DNA of 64,000 bases from Bdellovibrionales bacterium (lineage in GTDB: Bacteria; Bdellovibrionota; Bdellovibrionia; Bdellovibrionales; UBA1609): NCBI GenBank assembly GCA_965261545.1, contig CBDHDF010000006.1:96001-160000 (forward strand), in the 5' to 3' direction. Of the stretch, positions 8,797 through 19,863 are shown in pieces; position 1 is the first letter of the stretch, and each line of letters opens with the position of its first letter. Position numbers and translations under genes: made by a program. The notes beneath the pieces were generated by a model that did not search any database, was not told the origin of the DNA, and was given only the letters and a program-made list of their open reading frames with translations.

Positions 8797-11433
8797 TTAT
8801 GGCTTTGGAGCTACAAGACGGCTTCTACGACTTCTTTGGAGAAAAGCAAGAGCGACCAAAAGCAAAAGAGCTGGTACAAACATCAACTGCTTGGGCCAAC
8901 GCTTCGAAAGCACCTCAATGCCTTGAATCTCCCAATCAAAATCCAGACCAATTTTTTGGGCGAAGCTATCAAAAACCACAGTGTCCAGCAATACTTTATT
9001 ATCAACTGTTTTCACTTCAATACCTGCCGCTAATAAACGATCGGCTCCTTCTCCCCTGGTTCCTAAGGGTAATTCTACTGTTTTTTCCACCAGTTTACCA
9101 TCCATGGTTTCACCCCCCACAAGCAAACGCAGTTTTCCATTTTCAGGGGCTTGCTTTGCTATGGATTCAATACGAGTGGGATTTATATTTTCATATTTAG
9201 GAAACATCATATCCCAAAAAAAGCCTGGACGAAAGAGGACAAAGGCCACAAGACATAAAGCTAAAGATTCCCATATCTTACTTTTTACCAACCAATAGCC
9301 TTGGGTCGCTGCGGAAAAAGCCAACATGGCCACAATGGCACAAAACACAACAGACAATAGGGACCAAATACTTTCAACGCCGATGAGAAGCAGTTGAGTG
9401 TTAAAAATAAACATAAAAGGCAAAATGGCCGTTCGGATATCGTAGGCAAAACCTTGAAGACCCGTTTTGATGGGATCACTACGGGCAATAGCTGCGGCGG
9501 CAAAGGCGGCCAAACCCACAGGCGGCGTGTCGTCAGCCAATATTCCAAAGTAAAAAACAAATAAATGAACGGCAATAAGAGGAACAATCAACCCATTTTC
9601 AGCACCTAGGGTGACAATCACAGGAGCCATCAAAGTGGAAACCACAATATAGTTGGCTGTGGTGGGCAAGCCCATGCCAAGAATAAGACTCATAATGGCC
9701 GTAAAAATCAGCATCAATAAAACGTTACCTCCAGACACAAATTCCACCAACTCTGTCATCACAAGCCCAATGCCCGTGAGGGTGACGGTCCCCACCACAA
9801 TGCCCGCAGTGGCAGTGGCAACACCAATTCCAATCATATTTCTTGCTCCGGTAGCAAGCCCTTCTATGAGGTCACGCCCCCCCCATCGAAACTGGCTCAA
9901 CAAATGGACTTTCTGATTCAAAAAATTGTCTTTCTGGCGAAACCAAGACTGCAAGGGCCTTTGAGTGACAATCATAAAGATCATAAATAGGGAGGCCCAA
10001 AAAGCAGAAAGACCGGGAGAAAACTTCTCCACAATGAGACACCAAATGAGAACGACAAGGGGAAGTAAGAAATGAAGCCCCGCCTTGACAGTGGGTCCAA
10101 ACTCTGGAATTTCCACGATATCTTCTTCCATGTGGCTTGTGGATAAAGCGGGAAACTTAGTCCCATACCAAATCATTAAAATATAGATCCCCAACAAAAA
10201 TGCACTCACTAAGGCAAAAGCTCCGTGGCCAAATATATTTTTGAGCCATCCCATGCCGTAGTAAACCAAGCCACTGAGAAGAATCAGCCCAAGGAAAGCT
10301 CCAACACAAGAAAGGCAGCTTTGGGCAAAGGAAGATTTGTGGCGTCGAGGAAGTTTTTCCATTTGAGCCTTGCAAGCTTCTAAATGTACAATGTAAATAA
10401 GAGCCATGTAGGAGAGCAAGGCGGGGAGAATGGCATGGGTAATAACTTCAATATAGGAAATTCCCACATATTCGACCATCAAAAAAGCCGCTGCTCCCAT
10501 GATGGGGGGAGTCAGTTGTCCATTGGTGGAGGCGGCCACCTCCACAGCCCCCGCCTTGTGAGCGGGAAACCCCACACGCTTCATCAGTGGGATGGTAAAA
10601 GTTCCTGTTGTCACCACGTTGGCAATGGAAGAGCCTGAAATCAAGCCACTGAGACCTGAAGATACAACAGCCGCTTTGGCAGGGCCTCCCCGGTAGTGTC
10701 CCATGAGAGAAAAAGCCACTTTGATAAAGTAATTTCCCGCTCCTGCTTTTTCTAAGAGCGAGCCAAACAAAACGAAAAGAAAAACAAAACTTGTAGAAAC
10801 CCCTAGGGCGACACCAAAAACACCCTGTGTCCCCAGCCATTGATGGGACATAGTTTTTCCAAAACTTGCCCCCTTGTGGGCAATCACATCTGGCATGTAG
10901 GGACCCAAAAATGTGTAACTCAAGAAGACGAAGGCGACAATAAGCAAAGGAAAACCCAGGGCCCGGCGAGTGGCTTCAAGGAGCAAGACAATGCCAATTC
11001 CGGCCACTCCTAAGTCAAAGAGGATAGGGGCCCCTGCCCTCTCAGATAACTGAATGTAAAACAAATAGATATACCCGGCGCAAAAGGCCCCGACAAGAGC
11101 CATAAACACATCACATAGGGGAATAAAATTTCGTGGAGATTTTTTAGATGCAGGAAAAGCGAGAAAAGTCAAAAATATGGCAAAGGCAAGGTGAATGGAT
11201 CGAGCCTCTGTGTCATTGAAAACACCCACCCGCCAGAGAAATGGCAGGGGAGAGGCATACCAAATCTGAAATAAGGCCCACAGAAGAGCCATTGTAAATA
11301 GAATCTTTCCAGAAAAGCCAGTTAAAACTCTGGCTCCACGATCGGATTCCGCCGCTATGGATTCTGCTGCTATGGACTCTTCTGCCACGATGGAATGTGA
11401 ACCTTCTTGAGCAGAATCAGATTCCGTCACCAT
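8797..11433 (-). CDS. TRAP transporter fused 4TM/12TM permease (TAXI type)
   Basis: Polytopic membrane protein with GGPAKAAV, TTGTFTIPLMK, GMGLPTTANY and ADDTPPVGL. Confidence 0.92.
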   Translation of the reverse strand: MVTESDSAQEGSHSIVAEESIAAESIAAESDRGARVLTGFSGKILFTMALLWALFQIWYASPLPFLWRVGVFNDTEARSIHLAFAIFLTFLAFPASKKSPRNFIPLCDVFMALVGAFCAGYIYLFYIQLSERAGAPILFDLGVAGIGIVLLLEATRRALGFPLLIVAFVFLSYTFLGPYMPDVIAHKGASFGKTMSHQWLGTQGVFGVALGVSTSFVFLFVLFGSLLEKAGAGNYFIKVAFSLMGHYRGGPAKAAVVSSGLSGLISGSSIANVVTTGTFTIPLMKRVGFPAHKAGAVEVAASTNGQLTPPIMGAAAFLMVEYVGISYIEVITHAILPALLSYMALIYIVHLEACKAQMEKLPRRHKSSFAQSCLSCVGAFLGLILLSGLVYYGMGWLKNIFGHGAFALVSAFLLGIYILMIWYGTKFPALSTSHMEEDIVEIPEFGPTVKAGLHFLLPLVVLIWCLIVEKFSPGLSAFWASLFMIFMIVTQRPLQSWFRQKDNFLNQKVHLLSQFRWGGRDLIEGLATGARNMIGIGVATATAGIVVGTVTLTGIGLVMTELVEFVSGGNVLLMLIFTAIMSLILGMGLPTTANYIVVSTLMAPVIVTLGAENGLIVPLIAVHLFVFYFGILADDTPPVGLAAFAAAAIARSDPIKTGLQGFAYDIRTAILPFMFIFNTQLLLIGVESIWSLLSVVFCAIVAMLAFSAATQGYWLVKSKIWESLALCLVAFVLFRPGFFWDMMFPKYENINPTRIESIAKQAPENGKLRLLVGGETMDGKLVEKTVELPLGTRGEGADRLLAAGIEVKTVDNKVLLDTVVFDSFAQKIGLDFDWEIQGIEVLSKRWPKQLMFVPALLLLVALAFLQRSRRSRLVAPKP

Positions 11434-11490
11434 GGATTATAAGCCTTCTTGAGAAGAATCAGATATGGAACCCAGTTGTATCATTAGAAC

Positions 11491-12654
11491 TCACAGGAGT
11501 TTAGCTTCTTTAAAGTATTTGATGGCCCCAGAATGGAGTGGAATCGCCAGCCCTTCTTTCGCCATGTCTTTTTTCTTGAGTCCACTGAAGGCTGGGTGCA
11601 GTTTCTTAAAATCATTGAAGTTTTCAAAAACAGATTTCACAACTTCATAAACCACCTCTGTAGGCGTGTCTGTGGAACTAACAAAAGAAGCTCCCACACC
11701 AAAAGTCATGGTGTCCTTGGGGTTGCCTCGATACATGCCTCCAGGAATGACGGCTTTACGGTAATAACGATGTTGCTTTAATAGTTTGTCGATTTGAGGC
11801 CCTGTCACAGAAATGAGGCTGTTCTCACAAAGTGTTGTGGCCTCTTTCATGGAACCTGAGGGGTGCCCCACAACAAACACGCTGGCATCAATTTTGTTAT
11901 CACAAAGAGCTTTGGGTCGTTCCGCAAATTTTAACTCAGAAGCCAGAAGAAAGTCCGATCTTTTCCAACCCATGGCAGACATCACCACCTCCATGGTGCC
12001 CCTCTCACCCGAACCGGGATCCCCAATATTCACCTTCTTACCTTTTAAATCTGCAAAGGTTTTGATTTTAGAGTCCTTGCGTGCAACCACAGTGAAGGGC
12101 TCTGGGTGAACGGAGAACATCGCACGTAGTTTTTTATTGGCTCCCTGTTTTTTAAACTTACTGGAGCCACGGTAGGCATGAAATTGCCAATCTGATTGGG
12201 CCACAGCCATATCGAGTTCGCCAGAGCGAAGAGTGTTGAGGTTATAAATAGAACCTCCTGTGCTTTCCACAGAACAGCGCAGGCCATGTCGTTTGCGACC
12301 TTTATTCACAAGGCGACACATAGCTCCTCCCGCAGCATAATAAACACCTGTCACACCTCCCGTACCAATGGTGATAAACTTTTCAGTTGCCGGAGTCGCC
12401 TTCTTAGCTTTTTTATTTTTGCTGGCAACTCTGGCCGCTGCTTCGGCAGTGGAAAAAACCATGTCAATGGCCGTGTCCAACTTGTCAACAGCTTTGTTAA
12501 CAACCTGATACTCGTTTGCGTGCTTATCCTTACTGGCTGCCATGGAAATATTCATAGAAAAAATAGAAAAAACAATAGTAGAAACAATAGCAACGGCTAT
12601 GTTTGTTCTGTTTACTTTATTTGTTTTGTTTTGTTTGTTTGCTTTGTTCTCCAT
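11491..12654 (-). CDS. TAXI family TRAP solute-binding protein
   Basis: Signal peptide; [33 protein letters not shown]. Confidence 0.93.
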   Translation of the reverse strand: MENKANKQNKTNKVNRTNIAVAIVSTIVFSIFSMNISMAASKDKHANEYQVVNKAVDKLDTAIDMVFSTAEAAARVASKNKKAKKATPATEKFITIGTGGVTGVYYAAGGAMCRLVNKGRKRHGLRCSVESTGGSIYNLNTLRSGELDMAVAQSDWQFHAYRGSSKFKKQGANKKLRAMFSVHPEPFTVVARKDSKIKTFADLKGKKVNIGDPGSGERGTMEVVMSAMGWKRSDFLLASELKFAERPKALCDNKIDASVFVVGHPSGSMKEATTLCENSLISVTGPQIDKLLKQHRYYRKAVIPGGMYRGNPKDTMTFGVGASFVSSTDTPTEVVYEVVKSVFENFNDFKKLHPAFSGLKKKDMAKEGLAIPLHSGAIKYFKEAKLL

Positions 12655-13033
12655 AATTTTCTCCTAAGCATCTTTGTAAATGTTAAGTCATCTTGCATCT
12701 TAAAGTTACGAATACCCTAAGACTCTAACATGACTATGCTCTCTAAGTGACTCTCCGATAGGACCCATTCATGATGATATGTTAAAATGAACAGAGTGAG
12801 GTGAACCCGATCAACCTACAATACGTAACATTACTTAGCGCAGTTATACAACCACTAAGTTACAAAAAATGTAGAAATGTAGCGTAGGGAGGGAGACGGA
12901 AGGGGCCGCTCATTTAAAAATATTGAGGAGTAAAATGAGTGGTTGATACACTAGCACTTGGGCTCACCCTCGAATACGCGCACCACAATTGGTTTTGGCT
13001 TCGCCAAGTTAGTATGTATGATATAAAATTTTC

Positions 13034-13888
13034 TTATAAATCGTAACTGTAAAATCCTCGTCCAGATTTTCGCCCTAACCACTGGGCTTCAACGTATTTC
13101 ACAAGCAAGGGGCAAGGTCTGTACTTGTCGTCGCCAAGTCCTTCATGGAGAACATTCATAATGGCCAAACAGGTATCTAAACCAATAAAATCGGCCAAGG
13201 CCAGAGGGCCCATGGGTTGATTGGTTCCAAGTTTCATTGCGCGGTCGATATCTTCAGCTTTGGCAATGCCTTCGTAGAGGGTGTAAATGGCTTCATTAAT
13301 CATGGGCATCAAAATTCTATTCACCGCAAAGCCGGGAATATCTTTGACTTCCACAAATATTTTTCCCAATTGCTCGGCAAATTGTCCCACCTTCTGAAAG
13401 GTTTCATCGGAGGTTTGTAGGCCGCGAATACCCTCGACAAGGGTCATAATAGGGACAGGGTTCATAAAGTGCATTCCTGCTACTTTTGTAGGGCGTTCAG
13501 TGACACTTGCCATTTGGGTGATGGAGATGGAGGAAGTATTGCTACATAAAATGGATTGAGGCTCACAAACTTCATCTAGTTGCTTAAATATCTTTAACTT
13601 AAGCCCTTGATCTTCTGTGGCTGCTTCAATCACCAGATCACAACCTTTGAAAGAAGATACTTGATCGGAGAGTTCAATACGATTTATCAGGTTGTTTTTT
13701 TCCTCCACTGTCATTTTTTCTTTCTTAATGAGACGATCACAACTTTTCTCAATGGATGCCATGCCTTTTTTTAAGGCATCATCTTTCACATCCACCATGA
13801 CCACAGGCACTTTATGGTGGGCCACCACTTGGGCAATGCCATGACCCATTTGGCCAGCGCCCACGATTCCAACTTTGACAAAGCTCAT
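13034..13888 (-). CDS. hbd: 3-hydroxybutyryl-CoA dehydrogenase
   Basis: GAGQMGHG, SNTSSISI, GMHFMNP, PMGPLALADFIGLD. Confidence 0.9.
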   Translation of the reverse strand: MSFVKVGIVGAGQMGHGIAQVVAHHKVPVVMVDVKDDALKKGMASIEKSCDRLIKKEKMTVEEKNNLINRIELSDQVSSFKGCDLVIEAATEDQGLKLKIFKQLDEVCEPQSILCSNTSSISITQMASVTERPTKVAGMHFMNPVPIMTLVEGIRGLQTSDETFQKVGQFAEQLGKIFVEVKDIPGFAVNRILMPMINEAIYTLYEGIAKAEDIDRAMKLGTNQPMGPLALADFIGLDTCLAIMNVLHEGLGDDKYRPCPLLVKYVEAQWLGRKSGRGFYSYDL

Positions 13889-13968
13889 AGGGGCCTCCTC
13901 ATCATAGCCTTGGCTTTCTCTCTGACATAAAAGGGGGAGAGTTATACAAAAACTCTATACTATAAAAT

Positions 13969-14232
13969 CTATGAAATATTGTGAACTTTTTTAGAGAATC
14001 GAGAGATTTTACGGGCTGCCTTCTTGACATGGTAAATTCCCTTTTGGGCGACTTTGTCAGTGAGGCGAGTCCAAGTCAATAAAAGCTCTGTGGCCTTGAT
14101 TTTATCTCCAGCTCCAATGGCCGTGAGTAGCTTCTTTTCAAAGGTGCGAACGGTGCTCTTTGTGTGTTTGTTGCGGTGGCAGCGCTTGATATCTTGTCGG
14201 GCCCTTTTTCTGGCTGATTTATGATTTGCCAA
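13969..14232 (-). CDS. rpsT: 30S ribosomal protein S20
   Basis: MANHKSARKRARQ...KGIYHVKKAARKISR; GGAGG RBS. Confidence 0.96.
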   Translation of the reverse strand: MANHKSARKRARQDIKRCHRNKHTKSTVRTFEKKLLTAIGAGDKIKATELLLTWTRLTDKVAQKGIYHVKKAARKISRFSKKVHNIS

Positions 14233-14269
14233 TGAATACCTCCTGTGGTTGATTGAATTTCTACAACCT

Positions 14270-14395
14270 CATTATGCTATCTACAGCGTACTATTATCTG
14301 ATACTATTAGTAGTACTATTATCTGTATTATCTTAACCTTACCTGTATTACCTGGTTATTACTTGCATGACGCTATCTACTACCTACCGCTAACA
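14270..14395. repeat. Degenerate short tandem repeats (TACTATTATCTG-like) in the rpsT-murJ spacer
   Basis: Recurrent tactatta / attatct / ttacctg units. Confidence 0.55.
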
Positions 14396-14416
14396 TGAAT
14401 TTGGAGGAAAGACAAG

Positions 14417-16012
14417 GTGGTGAGCCGCAGCAATAAAAGTTCTGTGCTATCATCGGCAGGGGCGATGTCCATGGGGACCATGGGCAGTCGCATTTTGGGC
14501 TACCTTCGAGATGTGCTTCTCTATGCCTTCTTTCCCCACCTTGCCCGTGATGCCTTTATTGTGGCCTTTCAACTCCCCAACCTTTTTCGTAGGGTTCTTG
14601 GTGAGGGCTCTTTGGCTGTGAGTTTTATTCCCGTCTATGTGGAAAAAAATGAGGAAGAAGCTCAAAAGCTTGCGAATGCTCTCATGAGCTTTCTTTGGGT
14701 CATCGCCTCTTTGGTTTGCACCCTTGGTATTGTTTTTATGGATCAACTTCTCCCCCTTGCTGTCAGCGGTGAGGGTTATGCGAGGGTGGCAGGGAAGGTG
14801 GATCTCACCGTTTCCCTAGCGCAAATTATGTTTGCTTATCTTTTTTTCGTCACCACCTATGCTTACTACATGGCCATTCTCAATGCTCTTGGTGAGTTTT
14901 TTATTCCTGCTTTGGCTCCTGCTGCCTTTAACATCACTCTCATTGCTGCCACCCTATGGGCGGGACTCGCCCAAAGTCCTAAGGTTCTTGCTTGGGGGGT
15001 GGTTGTGGGTGGTTTTTTCCAGGTGAGCCTTGTGTTTTGGTCTCTTTATAAAAAGTCTAAACTTCCTCGATGGACCTTAAGATGGAGAACCCCTGGCTTT
15101 GTTCTTGTGCTGCAAAATATGGCGCCAGGCATTATAGGTGTGGGAGTGTCCCAGTTGATGACATTAGCCAATCTCTACTTTGCCAGTCAACTGGGACAGG
15201 GAACTCACTCCTATTTATATTTAGGCCAGCGAATTTTAGAGCTTCCCCACTCTCTTATTTCCATTAGCTTGGGATCTGCCCTCCTGCCTACCTTGGCCAA
15301 GCTCTGGAGGGAAAAAAATTCCACAAAGGTGTTGGATACGGTGAGTTATCACCTTCAGTTCCTTTTGTTCTTGGTGATTCCAAGTGCTGTGGGCATGTAC
15401 ATACTTGCCTTGCCCATGATCGAAGTTTTGTTTTTACGCGGTGAATTTGGAGTCTCTGATGTGTTGGTAACAGCCTCTGTTATTCAGGTACTTAGCTTTC
15501 TTTTGGTGGCAAGTAGTTTAAACAAAGTCATGGTCTCGGCTCTTTATGCGATTAAAAACACTTGGTATCCTGCTGTGGTGTCCCTTTTTTGCCTCATTCT
15601 TCATATGGTTTTGGCCCACTTTTGGACTCCCCAGTTTGGGATTCAGGGTCTTGTGGCTTCCATGACCTTCTCGGGTTTTTGCAATGTTGCAGGAGTTTTC
15701 TTGGGCCTTTGGTACTTTGTAGGCCCCCTTTCATGGGGGAGCATTTTGAGGAACCAATGGAAAACTTTTGTTTCCGCAGGGTGCATGGGCCTCAGTCTCG
15801 TCTGGGTCCAAGATATCTTTTCTTTCCTATCCCCCTCCTCTCCTGTCTTAGGTTCTGTTGAATTGAGCCTTCCCCTGTTGGTCTTGGTGGGGGGTGGGGT
15901 CTACTTCCTCACGGCCCATGTTTTGAAAAGCCGAGAATGTGCTGAAATAACTGTGTTTTTCGGGCACCTTCTGAACAAAGTGAAGTGTAAAAAGAAAAAA
16001 AAGTCTCCTTAG
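14417..16012 (+). CDS. murJ: Lipid II flippase MurJ (MviN)
   Basis: SRILGYLRD, AFQLPNLFRRVLGEG, many TM segments; divergent from rpsT. Confidence 0.93.
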   Translation: MVSRSNKSSVLSSAGAMSMGTMGSRILGYLRDVLLYAFFPHLARDAFIVAFQLPNLFRRVLGEGSLAVSFIPVYVEKNEEEAQKLANALMSFLWVIASLVCTLGIVFMDQLLPLAVSGEGYARVAGKVDLTVSLAQIMFAYLFFVTTYAYYMAILNALGEFFIPALAPAAFNITLIAATLWAGLAQSPKVLAWGVVVGGFFQVSLVFWSLYKKSKLPRWTLRWRTPGFVLVLQNMAPGIIGVGVSQLMTLANLYFASQLGQGTHSYLYLGQRILELPHSLISISLGSALLPTLAKLWREKNSTKVLDTVSYHLQFLLFLVIPSAVGMYILALPMIEVLFLRGEFGVSDVLVTASVIQVLSFLLVASSLNKVMVSALYAIKNTWYPAVVSLFCLILHMVLAHFWTPQFGIQGLVASMTFSGFCNVAGVFLGLWYFVGPLSWGSILRNQWKTFVSAGCMGLSLVWVQDIFSFLSPSSPVLGSVELSLPLLVLVGGGVYFLTAHVLKSRECAEITVFFGHLLNKVKCKKKKKSP

Positions 16013-16112
16013 ATATATGGCCATATAAATATGGTAGTGTGGCAATATGGGAGATATGGCAGTATGGTAATGTGGCAGAGATACCGATAAGCCTATAGGC
16101 ACAGGGGGTCGA
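16013..16112. repeat. Degenerate ATATGG(C/T)A tandem repeats
   Basis: atatggcc / atatggtagtgtggca / atatggga / atatggcagtatggtaatgtggca, plus gataagccta x2. Confidence 0.55.
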
Positions 16113-16131
16113 TAAGCCTAGGTTGAGGAAT

Positions 16132-18692
16132 ATGAAAGACAACAAAAAAAACATTCACTTTCGAAAAAAATATATAGACCCTTCAAGAAAGTTCTTGGAG
16201 TGGGTTGACAATTTTCGTTTTGAGCAAACTTTGATGGGTCACTACCTCCACCGTCTTGATCGGAGATTTGGCCTTAGGGACATTTTCTTGCTGTGGCTTT
16301 TTTGTTTTATACTCTCCATGGTTCTATTTTACCATATTGAATTTAAGGAGAGTTTAAAGGCGGGAAGTATTGCTCAGAATGACGTGAAATCTCCCATAGA
16401 TTTTCAAGTCGTCGATGCAGAGGCCACAAAGGTAAAAAGGGAGGAAGCGCAAAAGAGTCTTCCACCTATTTTTGATTATGATTCCAAGGCTTACGAGGAA
16501 ATTCTCCCTAAAATTGACAATGCTTTTAATAGCATGCGCTTGGAGCTTGGCGCTGAAGGCTGGAGTCCAAAAAAGCCTTATAGAGCCACAAAATTTTACA
16601 AAGAGTCTAAGTACAAAAAAAAGTTTGAACAAGACTTGGGAATCGATATCACAAATTCCGCGTACCACTGGCTCTTGAATAAGGGTTTTGGTGATACGCT
16701 CCAGAAGCTTATCACCAAAACTTTAAACACTTGGTCTCAACAAATGATTTTTGATGGAGGAGGTCATTCTATTGAAAAAGAAGATCAAGTGATTATTCGG
16801 AATATCCAAGAAAGTCTTCAGCAAGAAAGTCTTCAGAAAGATGGAACTCCCTCTGAATTGACGGTTAGCAATAGTAAAATTTTTGATTTGCGACGAAAAA
16901 GTCACTTCACATCTCCCTTTATTGAAAGTGTTGAAGATTTAAATGAGGGGGATCGATCTCAATTGATTCAACTGGCTCACCAACTTATTGTGCCCAACAC
17001 TTTTTTAAATCGTAAAGGAACAGCCTTGCGGCAAACTGAAATCAGTAAATCGGTTTTGCCCATACAAATTTCAGTGCAAAAGAATCAAATTATCGTCAAA
17101 GAAGGTGCTGTGGTTCAGCCTATTCATGTGCAAATTATTAATGAAATTAAAAGGATGGAATCTCGTCAAAGAACGGGCTGGCTCTATGGAGCTTCTTCTT
17201 TGTTGTTTGTTGTTTGTGTTCTCGTTTTCTTTTCCTATTTACGAAGATTTACTTTGAATAAAGTTCGCGTGGAGCTTAAGGACATAGTTGCCATGGGAAC
17301 AGTCACCCTGATGATGGTGGTGTTTATCAAGATTTTTCTTTTTCTCACAGACAGTGCCTTTAGGAGTCAACTAGGAAGTGTGCTTCCCTCTTCAGTGTTT
17401 TTGTACATGGCCCCCTTGGCAGCAGGTCCCATGATGATTGGTTTATTGATCTCTACTGGTGAGGTAGTTTGGCTCTTTACTGTCTTTATAGCCACGGTGA
17501 TTGCTGTCATGGTGGATATGAATTTTGCGATTTTCGTTTTGAGCATGATTGGTGGTATGGCAGGAGCCAGAGGCGTTTATGGTTGCAAAAGGAGAAATGA
17601 TATTTATTGGGCTGGGGTTCGAACAGGCATGGTGAGTGCTCTCACTATGCTTACGATTTTGGTTCTCATGGATCACTTGGGGGACCTACAAAACTTGAAA
17701 GATTTTATGTGGATTGTTCCCGCGGCCTTTGTGGGAGGTGTGGCCTCTTCTATGCTCGCCATGGTTTGTGTTCCCCTTTTGGAGTCTCTATTTAACTATA
17801 CCACAGACATTAAGCTACTCGAACTGAGTAATCTCGATCACGTTTTGATGAAGGAGATGATGGTCAAAGCCCCGGGGACCTACCACCACGCTCTTGCTGT
17901 GGGAACTATGGTGGATGAAGCCGCTCAAAAAATTGAAGCCAACCCTCTCCTTGCTAAAGTTATGGCTTATTATCATGATATTGGTAAGGTTGAGCATGCC
18001 CAGTATTTTGTGGAAAACCAAAGACCTGGTTACAACCCCCACGATTATATTTCTCCTTATATGAGCAAAACAATTCTTATTGCTCACGTCAAGGATGGAG
18101 CTGAAATAGGTCTTCGTCATAAATTGGGACGCCCTATTATTGATGGAATTCTCCAGCATCATGGCACCACTTTGGCCTCTTATTTTTACAACAAGGCTTT
18201 GGGAGACCAAGGTAAAGACTCTCGACACATCAAAGAAAATGACTTTCGCTATCCAGGACCCAAGCCTCAGTTCAAGGAGGCGGGTCTTGTGATGCTTGCA
18301 GATAGTGTTGAAGCTGCGGCAAGATCCATTGATGAACCCACAGCTCATCGTCTTACCACCTTGGTGACAAATATTATTCAATCTAAGTTTATTGATGGTC
18401 AATTGGAAGAATGCAATCTCACTTTTAAAGATTTATCTATTATTGAAGAAACTTTAAAAAGACCCTCTTAAGTATTTACCACCATCGTATTGATTATCCC
18501 CATATGCGAGAGGGCAAGCTTCTGAAGCGCCCAGATTCTAAGGCCGCACTTTCTGCACCTCCCACGACTTCCACACCTCCCACTCATGGTTCGAATGGTT
18601 CTACGGATGAGTCTGGATCGAATGGCTCCACGGGGTCCTCTGGTTCCAAGGGCTCAGCGAGTTCAACGGGTGCGAAGAAAGGTTTGGCGTGA
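16132..18692 (+). CDS. 7TM-HD phosphohydrolase (PgpH-like); frameshift at ~18455, annotated ORF stops at 18471
   Basis: 7TMR-HDED region, APGTYHH, YYHDIGK, QHHGT, MLADSVEAA. The conserved tail LLSIYHHRIDYP continues in the -1 frame to 18692. Confidence 0.85.
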
Positions 18693-18695
18693 ACC

Positions 18696-19169
18696 TTGGA
18701 CCTTCAGTTTGTCAACCACTCCCACGCTCCCATGCCCACAAAATATATTACAGTTTGGATGGACTATGTGGAAAAAGAGCTTCTTCGTCGGCGAGTTGTC
18801 AAAGCGAAGGCTATGAAGGGAAAAAATTTAAGCCTTGTCTTTTTAAACACTCAAGAGGCGAAAAGGCTTCATAAAAAGTATCGAAGAAAGAATAAGGCTA
18901 CAGATGTTTTAAGTTTTAGTTCCATTTTTGAAGAAAACCTTGGAGAGCTTATTTTTTGCTCTCAAGTCATTCAAAGGCAAGCCCGAAAAAATCGGCATAG
19001 TTATCGGGATGAACTGGCTTATCTCACCCTCCATGGCCTTCTCCACCTCTTGGGCTTTGAGCATGAAAAGGGGGGGCTTGAAGCCGAAAGGATGTATGCA
19101 CTCCAAGATGACATTTATGAAAACTACTATGAAAACTACATGGAAGGGCGAAAGCTAATAAAGAATTGA
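18696..19169 (+). CDS. ybeY: rRNA maturation endoribonuclease YbeY
   Basis: KATDVLSF, HGLLHLLGFEH. Confidence 0.93.
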   Translation: MDLQFVNHSHAPMPTKYITVWMDYVEKELLRRRVVKAKAMKGKNLSLVFLNTQEAKRLHKKYRRKNKATDVLSFSSIFEENLGELIFCSQVIQRQARKNRHSYRDELAYLTLHGLLHLLGFEHEKGGLEAERMYALQDDIYENYYENYMEGRKLIKN

Positions 19170-19275
19170 AAGCTGGTAAGAATCGAAACCTTAGAAGAGA
19201 GTACGAGAGTCGAAACCTTAAAAGAGATGTCGAATCTTAGAAGAGGGTTAAAGGCTTAGGGCAGGAGTTAAGAAC

Positions 19276-19863
19276 ATGAGAGTCAAATTTATAAAAAGTG
19301 CCACAGATTCGAGGGGCTACCCTCCCCCCCAGTGTTGGGAAGTGGCTTTTGTGGGGCGCTCCAATGCTGGAAAGTCTTCTCTGATTAACAGTCTTCTCAA
19401 ATATAAAGTGGCCAAGGTGAGTGGAAGCCCAGGAAAAACCCGGCTCATTAACTTTTTTGATGTGAATGGAGCCTATCGTCTTGTGGATCTTCCGGGTTAC
19501 GGTTTTGCCAAAGTTAGTCAACGTGAACGGGAGAAATGGAAGCCTATGGTGGAAGACTATATAAGCCTGCGCCAGGTTCTTGTGGGTTTGGTATTGGTCA
19601 TGGACATTCGAAGATCTTGGTCCGAAGATGAAGCGGCTCTTGTCCAATGGGTGGCCCATGTTGGCAAAAAGGGACTTGTTGTTCTGAATAAGGCGGATAA
19701 AGTGGGGACATCCCAGCAGGTGCGTTCCCAAAGGACCGTGGGGGCATCTGTGGATTGGCCTCTTTTTGTGTGCTCTTCCTCGAAGAGGTCGGGGGTGGAC
19801 GCCATAGGGAAGCAAATTTGGCAATGGGTTGAAGGCGGTCATCCAAAAAGAGGTTGCCCATGA
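19276..19863 (+). CDS. engB: Ribosome biogenesis GTPase YihA/YsxC
   Basis: GRSNAGKSS, PGKTRLIN, DLPGYG, NKADK. Confidence 0.94.
   Translation: MRVKFIKSATDSRGYPPPQCWEVAFVGRSNAGKSSLINSLLKYKVAKVSGSPGKTRLINFFDVNGAYRLVDLPGYGFAKVSQREREKWKPMVEDYISLRQVLVGLVLVMDIRRSWSEDEAALVQWVAHVGKKGLVVLNKADKVGTSQQVRSQRTVGASVDWPLFVCSSSKRSGVDAIGKQIWQWVEGGHPKRGCP

Noticed and set aside
12878..12984. Group II intron (minus strand starts GTGCG, ends CCTACGCTAC) or 6S RNA
   Set aside because: About 107 nt with no domain V or RT; too short and lacking context for a 6S call
18504..18692. Separate 62-aa gene
   Set aside because: Better explained as the frameshifted tail of the HD protein
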